Shown here: one piece after another, positions 25,384 to 40,100 of the stretch
How positions within the stretch are numbered: position 1 is the stretch's first letter
How the letters are laid out: each line of letters starts with the position of its first letter
Source of the DNA: Mobula hypostoma
Lineage: Eukaryota
DNA: 64,000 bases
Direction: 5' to 3'
Assembly: GCF_963921235.1 (NCBI RefSeq)
Contig: NC_086097.1
Location: forward strand, 233,804,001-233,868,000
Notes under the pieces: model-generated
Databases searched by the model: none
Told to the model about the DNA's origin: nothing
Seen by the model: the letters and a program-made list of their open reading frames with translations, nothing else
Program-made: the position numbers and the translations under genes

Positions 25384-27265
25384 AATTGAATTGAATTGAC
25401 TTTATTTATTACATCCTTCACATACATGAGGAGTAAAACTCTTCGTTACGTCTCCATTTCAATGTGCCATGTTCAATCATACTAATTTTTAATAATTTAT
25501 AATAAATAGAACAATGTAACATAGAGTACACTCAAATCAGTGTGAGTTCGTCAGTCTAATGGCCTGGTGGAAGAAGCTGTCCGGGAGCCTGTTGGTCCTG
25601 GCTTTAATGCTGTGGTACCGCTTCCCTAATGGTAGCAGCTGGAATGGATTCTGGTTGGGATGGCTTGGTTCCCCAATGATCCTATGTGCCCTTTTCACAC
25701 ACGTGTCCTTGTAAATGTCCTGAATCATGGGAAGTTCACAACTACAGATGCACTGGGCTGTCTGCACCATTCTCTGCAGAGTCCTGCGATTAAGGGAGGT
25801 ACAGTTCCCATACCAGGCAGTGATGCAGCCAGTCAGGATGCTTTCAATTGTGCCCCTGTAGAAAGTTCGTAGGATTTGAGGGCCCATACCAAACTTCCTC
25901 AACCGTTTGAGGTGAAAGAGGTGCTGTTGTACCTTTTTCACTACACAACTGGTGTGTACAGATCACCTGAGGTCCTCGGTGATGTGGATGCCGAGGAACT
26001 TGAAGCTGTTTACCCTCTCAACCCCAGATCCATTGATGTTAATTCGGGCTAGCCCGTCTCCATTCCTCCTGTAATCCACAACCAGCTCCTTTGTCTTTGC
26101 AACATTGAGGAAGAGGTTGCTTTCTTGACACCACTGTGTCACAGAGATGACTTCTGCCTGGTAGATCACCTCGTTATTGTTTGAGATAAGGCCAATCAAT
26201 GTAGTGTCATCAGCAAATTTAATTAGCAAATTGGAGCTGTGGGTGATGGCACAATCATGGGTATACAGGGGATAAAGGAGGGGCTCAGTACACAGCCCTA
26301 AGGGGCTCCTGTGTTGAGAGTCAGAGGGTTGGAGGTGAGGGAGCCCACTCTTACAATCTGCTGGCGATCTGACAGGATGTCCAGGATCCAGCTACATAAG
26401 GCAGGGTCAAGGTCAAGGTCTCTGAGCTTCTTATCGAGCCTGGATGGAACTATAGTGTTGAATGCTGAACTGTAGTCCAAGAACAGCATTCTCACATAAG
26501 TATCCTTCTTCTCCAGATGTGTAAGGACAGCATGTAGATCTGTGGCTATTGCGTCGCTTGCCGAATGGTTGTGTCAGTAGGCGAATTGTAGGGGTTCCAG
26601 TTTGGGTGGTAGCAAGCTGCAGATGTAATCCTTGACCAGCCTCTCAAAGCATTGAGGTGAGTGTGACAGGTCGCCAGTCGTTCAGGCATGTTACTTTGGT
26701 CTTTTTTGGTACAGGGACAAAGGTGGATAATTTGAAGCAGGAGGGCACTCTACACTGGCAGAGGGAGAGATTAAAAATGTCAGTAAACACACCCGCCAGT
26801 TGTACTGCGCACATCCTGAGTATTCGCCCTGGGATGCCGTCCGGTCCCGCAGCCTTGCGACTGTCCACTCGGTGGAAACATCTGCGTACCTCAGCTACAG
26901 AGATGACCAGGTTGCAGGTTGTAGCGGTGGCTCAGAGTTAGCGACATCGAACTGAGCATAAAAGCGATTGAGCTCATCTGGGAGAGAGGCCGCGATGTTG
27001 GTGGCACCACAACGTTTGGCTTTGAAGTCTGCGATGGTATGCAGCCCTCGTCACAAGTCACATGTGCTATTTGTTGTGAATCTTGTCTCAATCTTCTCCC
27101 CGTATTGTTGTTTCACAGCCTTGATAGCTTTGCACAGATCATAGCTGCTTTTCTTGAGCTCTAGTTGATCACCAGCGATGTAAGGTCGATGTCGCGCTGT
27201 AAGTGCTGCTCGTACAGTACTATTGATCCAGGGTTTCTGGTTCAGGAAGACTCTGACTGCCGTCT
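25384..27265 (-). mobile_element. Rex1/Babar-like LINE, 5'-truncated, degenerate
   Basis: [39 protein letters not shown] and RTNRLPDSFFHQAIRL; (AATTG)n tail at 25384. Confidence 0.92.
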
Positions 27266-27959
27266 GGGGTACAAAGCAAGATTGGATTGTTCAAAGAATT
27301 GCCATGAGAATGGACCACATGTAAAATGGATTAAAGCATCATTATTATGAAAACTGCCCACTGGATTTGTATGCAAATGTGCTTGTATAAGGTAGTACAT
27401 ATTTCTCCTTTACCACCTCAACACACTTGTAATGAAATAATCAATATGGACGGCTTGCAAAACAAGTTTTCACTATACCTTGGGACACGAGTCAATAGAC
27501 CAATTTATCAATATAAGTTATCAACTAACTGGATCCATAATATATTATGTCTTTTAACTTGCTGGCTTATAAACTGTTGAAGTATGTTCATCAGTTTGCT
27601 TTTCGTTTCTTGAAATAAAGTGGTCAGGCTTGGTGGCTTGCTCGATAAAACATATCCCACGGCTATCTATTGTAAGACAAATTCAATTTTAGTAAAATTA
27701 GAATGCCATGACAAACAGTTGAGTTTCGCTGATGCTTCCTCTCATTTATTAATTATGATTCTTAATTGTCAGAGAAGAATCCTCTGTATAATACTAGAAT
27801 ATTAGTGCCCCAAAATTGTTCTGTGTCAGATCAGGCAAGCACAGGAGAATGGAAATGCTATTCCAAATTAACATTGTAAAGATGGAGTGTCCCTTCCTTT
27901 GGGATTATTAGCATCACTACTCCAACTTCCTCCCACCTCCTTAATATCTTGCTCATCAA

Positions 27960-30020
27960 AGTCAGTCAAATTTATCATCAAATGCACAGGTACATGAAAG
28001 TTCAAAGTTCAAAGTAAATTTATTCACCATATACTACCCTGAGATTCATGTTCAATGTAAAACCCCATATCAACAAATACTGACATGCAATCAGTGTATA
28101 CAAGAAAATAAAACTGTGCAAATACAATAAATCAATCAACCAATCAATCGATCAATCGACGTTAAGGACATGAGTTGCTGAGGCATTGCAAGTGAGTCCA
28201 TAGTTTGTGGAATCAGTTCAGAGTTGAGGTGAGTAAAGTTATCCATGCTGGTTAGAAGCCTGATGGTTGAAGGGTTATAACTGTTGCTGAACCTGATAGT
28301 GAACTTAAGGCTCCTGCACCCGCTTCCCGATGCATACATCAGAATGCTCTTCATTGACAACAGCTCAGAATTCAACACTATCATCTCCTCAAAATTCATC
28401 AATAAATCAATAAGCTCCAAAACCTAGGCCTCAATACATCCTTGTGCAACACACACACAAATGCTGGAGGAACTCATCAGGTCAGGCAGCAGCTGTGGAA
28501 ATGAATAAACTGTTGAGCACTTTAGCCCTTCCTATTCAGTCCTGAAGAAGGGTCTCCACCCAGTACTTCAACTGTTTACATGAGGACAACAGTCAGTTCA
28601 GATTGGCAACATCTCCTCCACAATCACCATCAGCTCAGGTGCGCCACAAGGCTGTGTTCATTACACTTGTAGGGCTAAGTACACATCCAATGTCATAGCA
28701 AAGTTTGCTGACCGCACCGTTGTTGTTGACTGAATTAAAGGTGATGATGAATTAGCACATGGGGGAGGCTGAAGATCTGGTTGAATGGTGCCACTGTCAT
28801 GGTCGGGTCCGTGAAGTCCGCATTCCTGTTCACGGTCCGGTCCATCGACCCTTGCTCCAGGTTTTCCTGTCTACCCTGTTTCTGTTCCTGTTGAGCTCTA
28901 ATTGAGGCAGCTGATTCTCATTGTGGCTGGCTGCATAAATACCTCCAGAGAACAGGGTGTGGCTGCTGGATTGTTCTTGTCCTTACTCCTTGTATCCCTT
29001 CCCCTGCCTTCTGTTTCCTTGCCTGAAGCCCTGTCTTGTCTTGCTGGTAACTCTCGCCTCCCTTTGCCCGTAGTCTTGTCTTGGAGCCACCCCATACCTA
29101 GCTCCCTTCCTGTCCCTTGCCTCCGTCGGGTAAGCCAGGCCATATTGCTGTTACCCTGCGGTTGATTCTGTCCCTTCCTGTCCCTTGCCTCCATTGGGTG
29201 GAGTACCACGCCCTGACCAGGTGATCCGTGCCCTACCCAGGAGGAGCCTCGCCCCAAGCCAAGCTTCAAGACCCCAAGCCTCAAGGCTGTAGTCTCCAGC
29301 CTCGCCTCAAGTCTGAAGACTCCAGCCTCGTCCTGCCTGCCAGCCAAGTCACATCCTTGCCTAGTTCTGGAGTCCGAGCCAGAGGCAAGACACAGGTTCT
29401 GGGTCCTTGTCCAGTCTCTGGCTCAGAGTCCAAGCCCTGTCTCCTAGCTCTCTTGTCCAGTCCTGTTCTGAGTTCCCGGTTTTCTTGTCCATGTTCTAGC
29501 CCTCACCCTGTATCCTTGTCCTGTCCCTAGTACTTCAGTGTCTGTGTCCTGCACTCGGGCCCGTTCCCAGCCACCACCTTATGACAGCCAGGACGACAAC
29601 CTCTCCATCAATATTAGCAAAACCAACAAGCTGGTTAGTGACAACATGAAGGGGAAACTGGAGATCCATGAACCACTTATCTGCAGCAGCATTAAGGGCA
29701 TATATCTTAGCGTAACCGGCATTCACAAGAGAAACATAAATGAGATGCAATTTTCATAAGAAAGAAAGAAAACATTTAGAGCAAAAAAAATCAACTTTAG
29801 TACAACATGATCAAAGTGGTCATAGTTTTATTAAACTCTGATGATTGTGGTTGTGGTAGGTGGTTCAGGAACTAAATGGTTGAAAGGAAGTAGCTGTTCT
29901 GAACCTGGTTTGTAGGACTTAAAGCTTTTGTACCTTTAAAGTTCCAAGTTCAATGTTCAAAGTAAACTTATGATCCAAGTACATATATGTCACCGTAAAT
30001 GACGCTGAGATTCATTTAGC
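27960..30020. mobile_element. Cluster of decayed Rex1/Babar-like pieces in both orientations, with a pLTR fragment (~28450-28580) and a solo LTR nested
   Basis: Plus [26 protein letters not shown] and LVEWCH|DNLSINISKT; minus 3' ends at ~27960-28320 and ~29760-30020. Confidence 0.7.
28795..29586. mobile_element. Solo LTR, family A copy 2
   Basis: TGTCA...TGACA termini; TSD GCCAC/GCCAG; splits the codons WCH|DDNLS of the host LINE. Confidence 0.88.
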
Positions 30021-30320
30021 AGTGCGTGAAGATGACATGGATCAAATGGTGGGGATATTTAATGATGGATGGTACCACCATCTATTTACCTTTTTTCAGT
30101 TCTTCTTGCTTCATCCTTCACCTCCTCCATCTCTCTTCCTCATGCCTTGCCTTCTCTTCCTATCCTCCACCTCTCTTTGACCTGCCTTTCTCATTTCTGC
30201 CTTCTCTTCTCCCCCTCGTTGTTACCACCTCCAACATCCAGTCCCTAATTTATCTCTGCTCTGCCTCTGTCTTCCTAGTAGAGCCTCTGATCCAACTCTC
30301 TCCACTAGTTTCCCTGTTTT

Positions 30321-33300
30321 TAGAAACCATAGAAACTACAGCACAGAAACAGGCCTTTTGGCCCTTCTTGGCTGTGCCGAACCATTTTCTGCCTAGTCCC
30401 ACGGACCTGCACACGGACCATATCCCTCCATACACCTCCCATCCATGTATCTGTCCAATTTATTCTTAAATGTTAAAAAAGAACTCGCATTTACCACTTC
30501 ATCTGGCAGCTCATTCCATGCTCCCACCACTCTCTGTGTGAAGAAGCCCCCCCCCAATGTTCCCTTTAAACTTTTCCCCCCTCACCATTAACCCCTGCCC
30601 TCTGTTTTTTTTCTCCCCTTGCCTCAGTAGAAAAAGCCTGCTTGCATTCACTCTATCCATACCCATCATAATTTTATATACCTCTATCAAATCTCCCCTC
30701 ATTCTTCTACGCTCCAGGGAATAAAGTCCTAGCCTATTCAACCTTTCTCTGTAACTGAGTTTCTCAAGTCCTGGCAACATCCTTGTAAACCTTCTCTGCA
30801 CTCTTTCAACTTTACTTATATCCTTCCTGTAATTTGGTGACCAAAACTGAACACAATACTCCAGATTCAGCCTCACCAATGTCTTATACAACCTCATCAT
30901 AACGTTCCAGCTCTTATACTCAATACTTTGATTAATAAAGGCCAATGTACCAAAAGCTCTCTTTATGACCCTATCTACCTGTGATGCCACTTTTAGGGAA
31001 TTTTGTATCTGTATTCTCAGATCCCTCTGTTCCACTGCACTCCTCAGTGCCTTACCACTAACCCTGTGTGTTCTACCTTGGTTTATCCTTCCAAAGTGCA
31101 ATACCTCACACTTGTCTGTATTAAACTCCATCTGCCATTTTTCAGCCCATTTTTCCAGCTGGTCCAAGTCCCTCTGCAGGCTCTGAAAACCTTCCTCACT
31201 GTCTACTACACCTCCAATCTTTGTATCAACAGCAAATTTGCTGATCCAATTTACCAGATTATCATCCAGATCATTGATATAGATGACAAAAAACAATGGA
31301 CCCAGCACTGATCCCTGTGGCACACCACTAGTCACAGGCCTCCACTCGGAGAAGCAATTCTCTACTACCACTCTTTGGCTTCTTCCATTGAGCCAATGTC
31401 TAATCCAATTTACCACCTCTCCATGTATACCTAGCGACTGAATTTTCCTAACTAACCTCCCATACGGGACCTTGTCAAAGGCCTTACTGAAGTCCATGTA
31501 GACAATATCCACTGCCTTCCCTTCATCCACTTTCCTGGTAACCACCTCGAAAACCTCCAATAGATTGGTCAAACATGACCTACCACGCACAAAGCCATTT
31601 TTCTCTCCCTAATAAGTCCCTATCTATCCAAATGCTTGTAGATTCTGTCTCTTAGTACTCCCTCTAATAACTTACCTACTACTGACGTTAAACTTACTGG
31701 CCTATAATTTCCCACATTACTTTTCGATCCTTTTTTAAACAACGGAACAAGATGAGCCACTCTCCAATCCTCCGGCACCTCACCTGTAGACAGCGACATT
31801 TTAAATATTTCTGCCAGGGCCCCTGCAATTTCAACACTAGTCTCCTTCAAGGTCCGAGGGAACACCCTGTCAGGTCCCGGGGATTTATCCACTTTAATTT
31901 TCCTCAAGACAGCAAGGACCTCCTCCTTTTCGATCTGTACAGTTTCCATGATCTCACTACTTGTTTCCCTTAATTCCATAGACTTCATGCCAGTTTCCTT
32001 AGTAAATACAGACGCAAAAAACCTATTTAAGATCTCCCCCATTTCCTTTGGTTCCGCACGTAGCCGACCACTCTGATCTTCAAGAGGACCAATTTTAACC
32101 CTTACAATCCTTTTGCTCTTAATATACCTGTAAAAGCTCTTTGGATTATCCTTCACTTTGACTGCCAAGGCAACCTCATGTCTTCTTTTAGCCCTCCTGA
32201 TTTCTTTCTTAAGTATTTTCTTGCACTTCTTATACTCCTCAAGCACCTTATTTACTCCCTGCTTCCTATACATGTCATACAACTCCCTCTTCTTCTTTAT
32301 CAGAGTTGCAATATCCCTTGAGAACCAAGGTTCCTTATTCCTATTCACTTTGCCTTTAATCCTGACAGGAACATACAGATTCTGCACTCTCAAACTTTCT
32401 GCTTTGAAGGCTTCCCACCTACCGATCACATCCTTGCCAGAGAACAACCTGTCCCAATCCACACTTTTTAGATCCTTTCTGATTTCTTCAAATTTGGCCC
32501 TCTTCCAGTTAAGAACCTCAACCCTAGGACCAGATCTATCCTTGTCCATGATCAAGTTGAAACTAATGGTGTTATGATCACTGGAACCAAAGTGCTCCCC
32601 TACACAGACTTCCGTCACTTGCCCTAACTCGTTTCCTAACAGGAGATCCAATATTGCATCCCCTTTAGTTGGTCCCTCTATATATTCATTTAGAAAACTT
32701 TCCTGAACACATTTTACAAACTCTAAACCATCTAGACCCCTAACAGTATGGGAGTCCCAATCAATATATGGAAAATTAAAATCCCCTACCACCACAACTT
32801 TATGTTTCCTGCAGTTGCCTGCTATCTCTGCAGATTTGCTCTTCCAATTCTCGTTGACTGTTGGGTGGTCAATCCCACTAATGTGGCCATACCTTTCCTG
32901 TTTCTCAGCTCCACCCATAAGGACTCAGTAGACAAGCCCTCTAATCTGTCCTGCCTGAGCACTGCTGTAATATTTTCCCTAACAAGCAATGCTACTCCCC
33001 CACCTTTCATTCCTCTGCCTCGATCACATCTGAAACATCGGAACCCTGGAATATTAAGCTGCCAGTCCTGCCCCTCCTGTAGCCAAGTTTCACTAATTGC
33101 TATAACGTCATAATTCCACGTGTCAATCCACGCCCTCAACTCATCCGCCTTCCCCGCAATACTCCTAGCATTGAAATATATACACCTCAGAAATTTTTAC
33201 CACCACTCACAACCTTTCTATTAGCGGATTTTGCTTGAACTTTTAATGTTATTTATTTTCACCCCAACCACACTGTCAGCTCTGTCACTTTGGTTCCCAT

Positions 33301-33446
33301 CCCCCTGCAAATCTAGTTTAAAGCCTCCCCAATAGCACTAACAAACCTCCCTGAAAGGATCTTGGTCCCCCTGTAGTTCAAGTGTAACCCGTCTCTCTTG
33401 TACAGGTCCCACCTGCCCCAGAAGAGGTCCCAATGATCCTGAAATC
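30321..33446 (-). mobile_element. CR1 LINE with nearly complete ORF2 (EN and RT) and the end of ORF1; few frameshifts
   Basis: ORFs of 105, 432 and 359 aa with IAISETWL, VGDFNFP, GSSDHN, SGVPQGSVLGP and KFAVDTK; ORF1 end DHWDLFWGRWDLYKRDGLHLN; TAGAAACCA tail. Confidence 0.96.
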
Positions 33447-35751
33447 CTGACACTGCCATTTCAGTGGAAAAACCTCCTTCCCTCTTCTCTTTTACCCTGC
33501 CCGCCTACCCTCCCTCCTCCATACCTCTGCCTCTATGTCACTTTTCCTAATTTTCCAGTGTCTTCAGGCTGACTTACCCTTTGCCTTTCTCATTCTTCTT
33601 TTCTTCCATTGAAAGACTGGTCCTTTGACATTATCCTGCCTCAACATCTTCCCCTCTCTTATTCTCCTTTCCTGCAGCTGCCTCCCACACCTGTTGTTAA
33701 GATCTTCTACGGACACCACCTCCCCCATTCTGGTGTTCACAGCAGCTCAAGGTCAATCTATGCTACAGCCCCAGACAGTTGTTCCACTCCTCCCTTACAC
33801 TGTTTTAACCCATTCCCACTGGGAGTGGACTTATCCAGAGGTTCGGAACTTACACAGCTACAACTCCCTGTTATGACCATCACTGTAAAGTAAGTTGCAG
33901 CTGGTCTGTGGCCAGTGGGAAACTTGCCTTTCCTCTATTGTGTATAAAGTACAGACCATTGTTTATTTCTTGGCTGAGGACAGACCTTTTAATATTGGGT
34001 ATTGATAATGAGGTTGTAACATATCACATATTTCCCATTGAAGTACAGAAAATCCCTTACAATAAAGAACAATAGTTAATGTTGGGCAGGATTGCATAAT
34101 TAATGGCTAATGTGCTGCAACATCTGTCATTTCCCAGCTCTGTGGATAGTCTAAAACAAAACTCAGGCATTGTGATGGTCTTTGGTTAGCAATCAAATGA
34201 ACATTGTGATCATGTCTTCATACTTTCATGCATTGAGTTGCTACCAAATGATTGGGTGATATTTGCAATAATGAGCAGGTGCACATGTGTAGCTAATGAA
34301 GTGTAGAGTGCACTTGTTATAAATAATTTTAATTATAACTTTTTAAAATTTACTAACATACTGACTGATAATTTGTTTCCTGAACGAGATTCTGTATTTT
34401 TTTTATTTCAAAATATACTTTATTCAAAAATAAATATATACAATAAACCATTCAATAACTTTCCATCCTTTACATACATTTCCATTAAAGTCAGTACATA
34501 TCCATATTTATGGACACCCACGTGGCACTCCAGTTGTTCACCTTACCACATCACTGTTGAGGGGTATACTCCCTGCCACACGACCCCTCCCACTCCTGCG
34601 GGTGATGAAACCTATACCATTCTGAGTTATTTAACTTTAGCATTTTATCTTAAAATATTTAAAATTAGATAGTAATAGCTTTGAATCAAAAAGCTTTTAT
34701 TTGGAGGAGGACCACATTTTGACTACAGTATTTAAACTACACTAGGTTACGTTCTGTTTGTATTTTGAAATATTTTAATGCAGAAGATTTTTTTCAAGCC
34801 ACTATCATTCCATGACATTGTCTGATTGCACTTGATTATGGTGGAATATATTTTTATACAAATATATGCAAATATATTTCAGTTGCAATTGAGGGGTAAA
34901 AATAAAGTTCTCAAAACCTGTGTAAATCTGAGAACAGTTTGCACCTGGATCACTGATTGTGCTGAATTTATATGCAAACTTGACAGAACTTTTTGACAAC
35001 TAAAATTAAAATCTGTATATTCTAGATTTAATCATTGTGAGCACTTCAAATCAAAGCTTAACATTTTGTGCTGATATAAAAGCCTGAGGCCCAATCCAAT
35101 CATTTTAGTGATGCTGCTGAGAATATAAATTATCCACTTCATTTGTGTTGAATAAAGCAAGAGGGAGCAGCAGGTGAGTCATTGAACTGTCTCTCACATT
35201 TGAAGTGCTCATGTTGGAGTCCACAGGATTTTCTATTGCCACTTTTTTTTAAAAATGGAATCAACCATTTGTCACAAGATGTGAAACTACAGCCATGAAG
35301 AAATAAAGAAACAGCTCATGCCAATGAGATTCATCATGGAAACAGGACTATTTCTTGCAACAGGAACAGATTATGAGGTAACTTCTAATCTCTTGCCACT
35401 AAACTACCTGACCTCTATCCAGTATCACTCCCTCTTTCTTACATTATTTTTTCTTTTCCTCCTTCTCTCTCCTTCTCTCTGTCTCTTTGTCTCAATTAAT
35501 ATGATGCAACAGTATACAAGAATTTAATAATGACCCTTCTGTGACATAGAAAAGAAAGGTGCAAATCCAGCATCAAAACCCAGAGCCCAGATGTGCTCAT
35601 GAAATTAGTCCTTGTGGGAGGACTTCCGGGTCATCAAGGGAATGGCGGCGTAAGGAAAAGGTCTCTCGACAAAAAAGAAGGTAAACTGCCCCAAAATCGA
35701 ATTTAGACAAATACTTAATATTGCATAACTATATTAATAAAAGGGGCAAGG

Positions 35752-36738
35752 ATGATGTCTAAGAACAAGAATAAGAAGTCCGCTTCGAAGGCTGATAAAC
35801 ATAAAGAGACGCAGCAAGGCGACGGGCCTAGCTCCCCCACGGCAAGCCAGGACGGAGATAATGAGGGGGAATCGGTGACTCTGTCTTTGATTCTCGGAGA
35901 GATTCGCGAGTTCCGACAAGATAACAGCAAACAGCTGGAAGATATTAAAGGAGAAATAGTAAAAACTAACTCGCGGATAGATGAAGCCGAAGCGAGGATT
36001 GTTGGAATTGAAGAGAAGCTACAAAATGCCGAGGAAGTGATAGCAGAAATGCTGAAGCTACAAGACCAGCTCCAGTGGAAACTAATAGATCAAGAAGGCC
36101 GCTCGAGAAGGGAAAATGTGAGGATTTACGGAGTTCCGGAAGGAACCGAAGGTAAACCTGGATTGATGATTCCCTTCGTGGAGAAGCTGCTTAGAGAGAA
36201 CCTTGATATACCGGCCGCAAAAGACCTACAGATAGAAAGAGCTCACCGCGCGTTGGCACCACAGCCCCCGGCAGGTGCCCAGCCCAGATCGATTCTGATC
36301 AGATTTCTCAGTTACAGAACGAAGGAAGAGGTGCTTAAAAGAGCATGGCAAAAGAAAGGTTTCATGTGGAACAACTGCAAAATCAGTTTAGACCACGACT
36401 ACGCACCGGGGATTCATGCCAGATGGAAGGAATATACGGAAACACGGAGAGTCCTGAAGGAAAACAACATCAGATTCCAGACCCTGTATCCAGCTCAGCT
36501 GAGAGTCTTTTACGACGAAGGGACAAAAACTTACGCTACGGTGGAGGAGGCAACGTTGGACCTGGCGGACCGGGGACTACCTATTAAAGTTATCACCCAA
36601 CCGGAGTCGCTACTGGAGAGGATTCGGCAGAAGTCGTGGCAGTTAGTGGGGCGAGGACGCTCCACTCGAACCAGAGTGTCAAACTACAAGGAAAAGCTGC
36701 AAATATTCAGACGCGAATGTACAAAGAATACAGATTAA
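35752..36738 (+). CDS. L1 ORF1p (coiled coil, RRM, CTD), 328 aa, uninterrupted
   Basis: Heptad-rich region followed by RSRRENVRIYGVPEG, IERAHR, PRSILIRF and LYPAQL motifs. Confidence 0.93.
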   Translation: MMSKNKNKKSASKADKHKETQQGDGPSSPTASQDGDNEGESVTLSLILGEIREFRQDNSKQLEDIKGEIVKTNSRIDEAEARIVGIEEKLQNAEEVIAEMLKLQDQLQWKLIDQEGRSRRENVRIYGVPEGTEGKPGLMIPFVEKLLRENLDIPAAKDLQIERAHRALAPQPPAGAQPRSILIRFLSYRTKEEVLKRAWQKKGFMWNNCKISLDHDYAPGIHARWKEYTETRRVLKENNIRFQTLYPAQLRVFYDEGTKTYATVEEATLDLADRGLPIKVITQPESLLERIRQKSWQLVGRGRSTRTRVSNYKEKLQIFRRECTKNTD

Positions 36739-37100
36739 TTAAGAGAAATGACTGAAAAGAGTAAATCGGACTTAAAAGTAAAATGAAAACTGGTAACTGA
36801 AAATAAACTAGGCGGAATAACTTGAATGATAACAATATGGTCGAGACATAAATAGGAGAAAATTCTCTATGATTATTCAAACTGCTGAGGGCCCTCTAAC
36901 ACAGGGTGAAGATAGAGGTTATCCCTCTGAACTGAGGCGGGTCGGTGCTCAGACCTCACTGTGGGAAGTCGGGAAAAATTTTCAAATGCTATACGTTCAG
37001 AAATGTCTAGGGTATGGTTATATGTCTTGGTTTACTGTTGAGAAGGGATTGCTTACTGTTTGGTTAGAAAAGGAGAGTGCTTTTTTTCTACAAGAGAAAA

Positions 37101-40100
37101 ATGCAAACTGAATTGGTAAAAATAATTTCCTATAACGTTACTGGGGTTTTGAATCCAATTAAAAGAAACAAGATTATGTCTAAATTGAAAAAAGAGAGGG
37201 TACAAATAGCTTTCCTCCAGGAAACACATATGAGCCAATCTGAACATGGAAAATTAAAAAGAATGGGCTTTAAGCATATATTTTATTCATCATATAAATT
37301 GAGTCACAAAAGAGGGGTAGCTACTTTAATATCAAGTACTCTTAATTATGAACATATTTCAGAGACTAGAGACAAAGAAGGACGGTTTGTAAAAATCACA
37401 GGAAGAATAGAAGGTACAGAAATAACATTGCTGAATGTTTATGCTCCTCCAGGTAGTGAATGGTCATTTTATAGACACATTTTTGACCTAATGGTCAGTT
37501 CTCGAGGGGTAGTAATTTGTGGAGGGGATTTTAATATTAGATTAAATCCTATATTAGATTCTTCAAGAATAGTTACTCAGAATAAACCTCTGACTCGGAA
37601 AGTGAATTCATTGATGGAGGAGTTGGGAATTATAGATGTCTGGAGGGAATTACACCCTACTAGTAAAGATTATACATATTACTCTTTCCCTCATTCAGCC
37701 TATTCAAGGATAGACTATTTCTTTATCTTTAATACAGATAGACTCAGGATAAAAAACTGTAATATTGCAACAATTGATCTGTCGGATCATAGCCCAGTCT
37801 CTATGTCTCTAATCCTGGAAAGGAAAATGAGGAAAACACTATGGAGGCTAAACTCACATATACTCAATAACCCGAAAGTAATGGAGAGATTAAGGGGAGA
37901 AATCAAAGAATATCTAGACCTTAATGACACGGGAGAAACATCACCAGTGATATTATGGGATACATTGAAAGCTGTACTGAGAGGGAAAATTATTTCCATT
38001 ACTACTCACATGAAAAAAATCAATGCACAAAAATTAGCAGACCTTCAAGGAAAATTAAAACAACTTCAAGTTGTAGATAGCAACTAAAGTAATTCAAATC
38101 GAAAACAGGAAATTAGGAAATTGCAAAGTGAAATTGATGATATTTATACATTGGAAACTCAAAGAAATTTTCTTTACCTGAGACAAAAGAATTATGAAGT
38201 AGGAGGTAAATCAGCTAGATTATTAGCATATAAATTACAAAAACAACAAGCAGACAATACAATTCATAAAATAAAGAATCCAAAGACAAAGCTTGTGGAG
38301 AGTACAATAGGGAAAATTCAAGAAAGTTTTGAAATATATTATCGAGAGCTGTACTCCCAACCCCGGGCCCCCAATGAGCCCTATATAGACAGTGTATTGA
38401 ATTTTTTAGATCTACCTAAACTTACAGATTTACAAAATGAAAGTTTATTAGAACCAGTAACTGTCAAAGAACTGAACGTGGCCATCTCTAGGTTAAAGGC
38501 TGGAAATTCCCCGGGTTCTGATGGGTTTACCTCAGAGTGGTACAAGTCCCTGAAGACACAGTTAGCTCCTTTACTACTTAACACCTTTAATTGGATCTTG
38601 CAGAGAGGAGAAACTCCACCTTCCTGGAGAGAAGCGATTATTTCAGTTATTCCTAAAGAGGGTAAAGATAAACTAGAATGTGGCAATTATTGGCCAATTA
38701 GTGTTCTTAATTTAGATTACAAACTATTTACATCTATATTAGTGCGCAGATTGGAAAAGCTTTTACCTGGCCTAATCCATTTAGACCAGACTGGATTTAT
38801 TCAACAAAGACAAACACAGGACAATATAAGGAGAACTCTGCACATATTAGAACAGGTTAATAAGAACAAGACAGAGACAATGGTAGGAGGATTGGACACT
38901 GAGAAAGCTTTTTATTCGGTTAGTTGGGCATTCCTATACAGAGTGTTAGGAAGATTCGGCTTTCAAGAAAGGTTTATTAAAGTAATTCAGACTCTATATG
39001 ACAGCCCTACAGCCCGAATTAAGATAAATGGGGACCTCTCTGACTCCTTCATTTTAGAGAGAGGCACTAGACAGGGATGCCCAATTTCTTCTCTCCTTTT
39101 TGCGCTATATATTGAACCACTTGCCCAACTAATAAGACAGAGCGAAATCGTAAAAGGTATCAAGGTGGCAGGGATTGAACAGAAAGTGGCGTTATTCGCA
39201 GATGATGTTTTGGTCTATCTGAGTGAACCAGAAAAATCATTTATAGGATTGTTTACACTGTTGGATGACTTTGGGAAAATATCAGGTTATAAAATAAATG
39301 TAAAGAAAACGCAGGTTATGTCCCTAAATTATACACCAAAAAATTGCAGGATACATACGATCTTAAGTGGGAAGCTAAATCATTAAAATATTTAGGAATA
39401 ACCCTGCCGAAGGATCTTTCAACACTGTCACAGGTAAATTATGGGCCATTAATCTCAGAGATAAAAGCAGATATGCATAGATGGAATCTTATCCCCTTTT
39501 TAAGTTTAAATTCAAGGATAAATACTATAAAAATGAATATTCTTCCTCGGTTATTATATCTTTTCCGTACTTTACCAGTGGAGGTGGATGATAATCAATT
39601 CAGGGAATGGGACAAATGGATTTCCCGCTTCATTTGGCAAGGAAGGAAACCTAGAATTCGATATAACACCTTACAGTTAGGGAAGGAAGGAGGAGGTATG
39701 GTTCTTCCTTGCCTGAGAAATTATTTTTATGCCTCACAGATAACCCCTCTGCTATATTGGTGTAATAGGGAATATAAGGCTAGATGGAAGGAAATAGAAT
39801 TTGGATTAGTTGACAGTTTTCCTCTTCAGGCCTCAATAGCTGACAAAGGATTGATGGCCCAGTTGGAAAAATTTAATAATGCTTGGATAAATCTTACATT
39901 AAAAGTATGGCAGAAGGTGGTTAATTCATGTGGAATTAATAACATGTTAAAACTCTTTAGATGGTGTGCATATGATACTGAATTCCTTCCCAACAGAGGA
40001 GATAAAAGATTTGAGCTATGGATAAAGAAAGGTCTTACAATCTACCTCTCATTTATAGATAAAAGAGTATTACAAAGTTTCCAAATCCTGCAGGACAAAC

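Noticed and set aside
28537..28574. Active hammerhead (also 11334-11371, 57915-57953, 61698-61735)
   Set aside because: Core nucleotides are mutated (GAAA to AGUA or AAAA, C3 to A or U, or lost UH triplet); counted only as decayed copies.
33609..33893. Pro/Leu/Ser-rich ORF ending near GTAAGT
   Set aside because: Explained by pyrimidine-rich composition; no homology recognised.
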